From positions 384,967 to 448,966 of the forward strand of contig JAXLZU010000001.1 of assembly GCA_046350735.1 (NCBI GenBank): 64,000 nucleotides of DNA, in the 5' to 3' direction. The notes below the pieces were generated by a model. It saw only the letters and a list, made by a program, of their open reading frames with translations, ran no database searches and was not told the DNA's origin. Below are positions 62,865 through 64,000 of the stretch, one piece after another (position 1 is the first letter of the stretch; each line of letters begins with the position of its first letter). This DNA comes from Candidatus Saccharimonadota bacterium (GTDB lineage: Bacteria; Patescibacteriota; Saccharimonadia; CAILAD01; BJGX01). The position numbers were made by a program, and so were the translations under genes.

Positions 62865-64000
62865 AAGTGATACAGCTCCGCTGGATTAGTAGTAATGAGC
62901 GGATGTTCTTTATCTGAAGCTACCACTTTAACCGCTACATGGTGCTGGTCGGCAATAATCAGGGCTTCACCTTTATCACAGGTGAGCAAGAAATTTTCTT
63001 CATATTCACTTAAGTGAAATTCCGAGACCACGTTTTTGATGGTGGTAGTATCTTGGCGCATCAAGATGCGCAATGAACTTTGTGAGGCTATCGCTCGACC
63101 GTAGTCGTTCTTTAAAAAGTCATTGGCTTGTTGGGAGATGATTGATACGCCCAAGTAGTATTTACGAGCTCGACGGACTAAGCCGGATACAAACCGTGCA
63201 CTTTCCTCGTGTTCTAGGAGTAACCACCCTTCATCAATAACCAATAAACGTTTTTCTGGCTTGGCTTTCACTTGGTTAGCAACAAAGTTCGAAATGATCA
63301 TCATCATGATCTGACGTAGAGATTCCGGCAAATCCTTAATATCAAAGATAACTAAACGATTCTCAAGTTTAATATTGGTTTGGGCATTGAAGACGTCGGC
63401 TAACGAACCGCTAATATACTTCTCCAGGCGATCGCAGAGTTTTAGTTGCCCGAGAGTATGCAGTTCTTTATATAGGTCTTCAAGCAGTGGTGTTTTCTTC
63501 TTGGCAGTCTTATAGATTTTGAGGATTGCTTTATCTACGGCTGCTTTCTCCCTCGGGCTTAGACTCTCAGCCATTAAGGAAACGACTTCGATTAAATCTT
63601 GAGTGTGCTCAGACAAATCTTTTCGAGTGTGATAGGTCGCACTCAGATCAAACGGGTTAATTTTCTCTTTAGACTTAGCCGATAACTTGATATAGGTACC
63701 ATCAACTGATTCACTAAGGCGTTTATATTCACGTTCTGGATCAATAACAATAACTTTTGTGCCTTGCATCAACTGACGTAGTATCTCCACTTTGGTAGCG
63801 TAGCTTTTTCCAGAGCCTGACTGCGCAAAGACGATGCTGTTAGCGTTATTGAGCCCAAAGCGATCTAATATAACTAGGGAGTTATTGGATTTGTTCACGC
63901 CATAGAGGATCCCGGACTCTTGTACAAGTTCAGAGCTCATGAACGGAAACGTAAGCGCCGTCGAGGAACTATCTAAGTTACGTTTCTGGCTTAGGACATC
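62861..64000 (-). CDS. VirB4/TraE-like conjugative ATPase (N-terminus beyond the window edge)
   Basis: Walker A FAQSGSGKSYATK. Walker B LLVIDEGW. The frame stays open upstream of the first Met to the window end. Confidence 0.6.
   Translation of the reverse strand, partial: DVLSQKRNLDSSSTALTFPFMSSELVQESGILYGVNKSNNSLVILDRFGLNNANSIVFAQSGSGKSYATKVEILRQLMQGTKVIVIDPEREYKRLSESVDGTYIKLSAKSKEKINPFDLSATYHTRKDLSEHTQDLIEVVSLMAESLSPREKAAVDKAILKIYKTAKKKTPLLEDLYKELHTLGQLKLCDRLEKYISGSLADVFNAQTNIKLENRLVIFDIKDLPESLRQIMMMIISNFVANQVKAKPEKRLLVIDEGWLLLEHEESARFVSGLVRRARKYYLGVSIISQQANDFLKNDYGRAIASQSSLRILMRQDTTTIKNVVSEFHLSEYEENFLLTCDKGEALIIADQHHVAVKVVASDKEHPLITTNPAELYHL

Larger units (their letters stand above)
45535..64000. 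mobile_element. Integrative (conjugative-type) element inserted next to tRNA-Gln; right end lies beyond the window
   Basis: Large serine recombinase immediately 3' of the tRNA. Replication-relaxation-family protein, R-M system, accessory cargo, VirD4-like, CHAP and VirB4-like genes. Confidence 0.6.

Overview
This 64 kb window appears to come from a small-genome, low-GC (~42%) bacterium with compact, frequently overlapping genes (CPR/Patescibacteria-like or Gram-positive-like). All calls rest on reading the ORF translations and the nucleotide sequence by eye; no database search was run.

The first ~45 kb is chromosomal backbone:
- rluD-like, holB, a TPR protein, and a tRNA-Tyr/Thr/Thr cluster.
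- A cytochrome-b5-like protein coupled to a ferric-reductase-like protein, then tRNA-Trp with a duplicated 5' fragment.
- Cell-surface ABC/ECF-sigma genes.
- A complete C50-type carotenoid cluster: crtI, crtE, crtB, two lycopene-cyclase-domain subunits, and a fused UbiA-elongase/GT2 gene.
- secE-nusG-rplK-rplA, then a ~6.4 kb thymidylate/nucleotide-salvage module (cytidylyltransferase-like, dCMP-deaminase-domain protein, DHFR-HIT fusion, a long divergent ThyA, Cys-rich protein, NUDIX, GlyA, NDT-like). This module splits rplKA from rplJ-rplL.
- dnaX-dnaB (overlapping), then a GtrA/GT39/GT2/GT39 glycosylation island that splits them from ybaB-recR.
- A DnaQ-like exonuclease, cysS, an operon of three overlapping mini membrane peptides plus a DnaJ-type zinc-finger mini-protein, a GT4, an RRM protein and a K+ channel.

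At tRNA-Gln (45460..45534) an integrative, conjugative-type element begins and runs past the window end. It carries:
- A large serine recombinase and a replication-relaxation-family protein.
- A cargo block of a RibD_C reductase, a GNAT, three small P-loop kinases and a SAM methyltransferase.
- A type II R-M pair: a PD-(D/E)xK endonuclease plus an HTH-fused C5-methyltransferase.
- A leaderless two-gene module with a DUF2130-like zinc-ribbon/coiled-coil nuclease.
- Metabolic cargo (RidA x2, HAD, peptidase S51, ASCH).
- Gram-positive-type T4SS parts (VirD4-like coupling protein, CHAP hydrolase, VirB4-like ATPase).

No rRNA genes or CRISPR arrays were seen.
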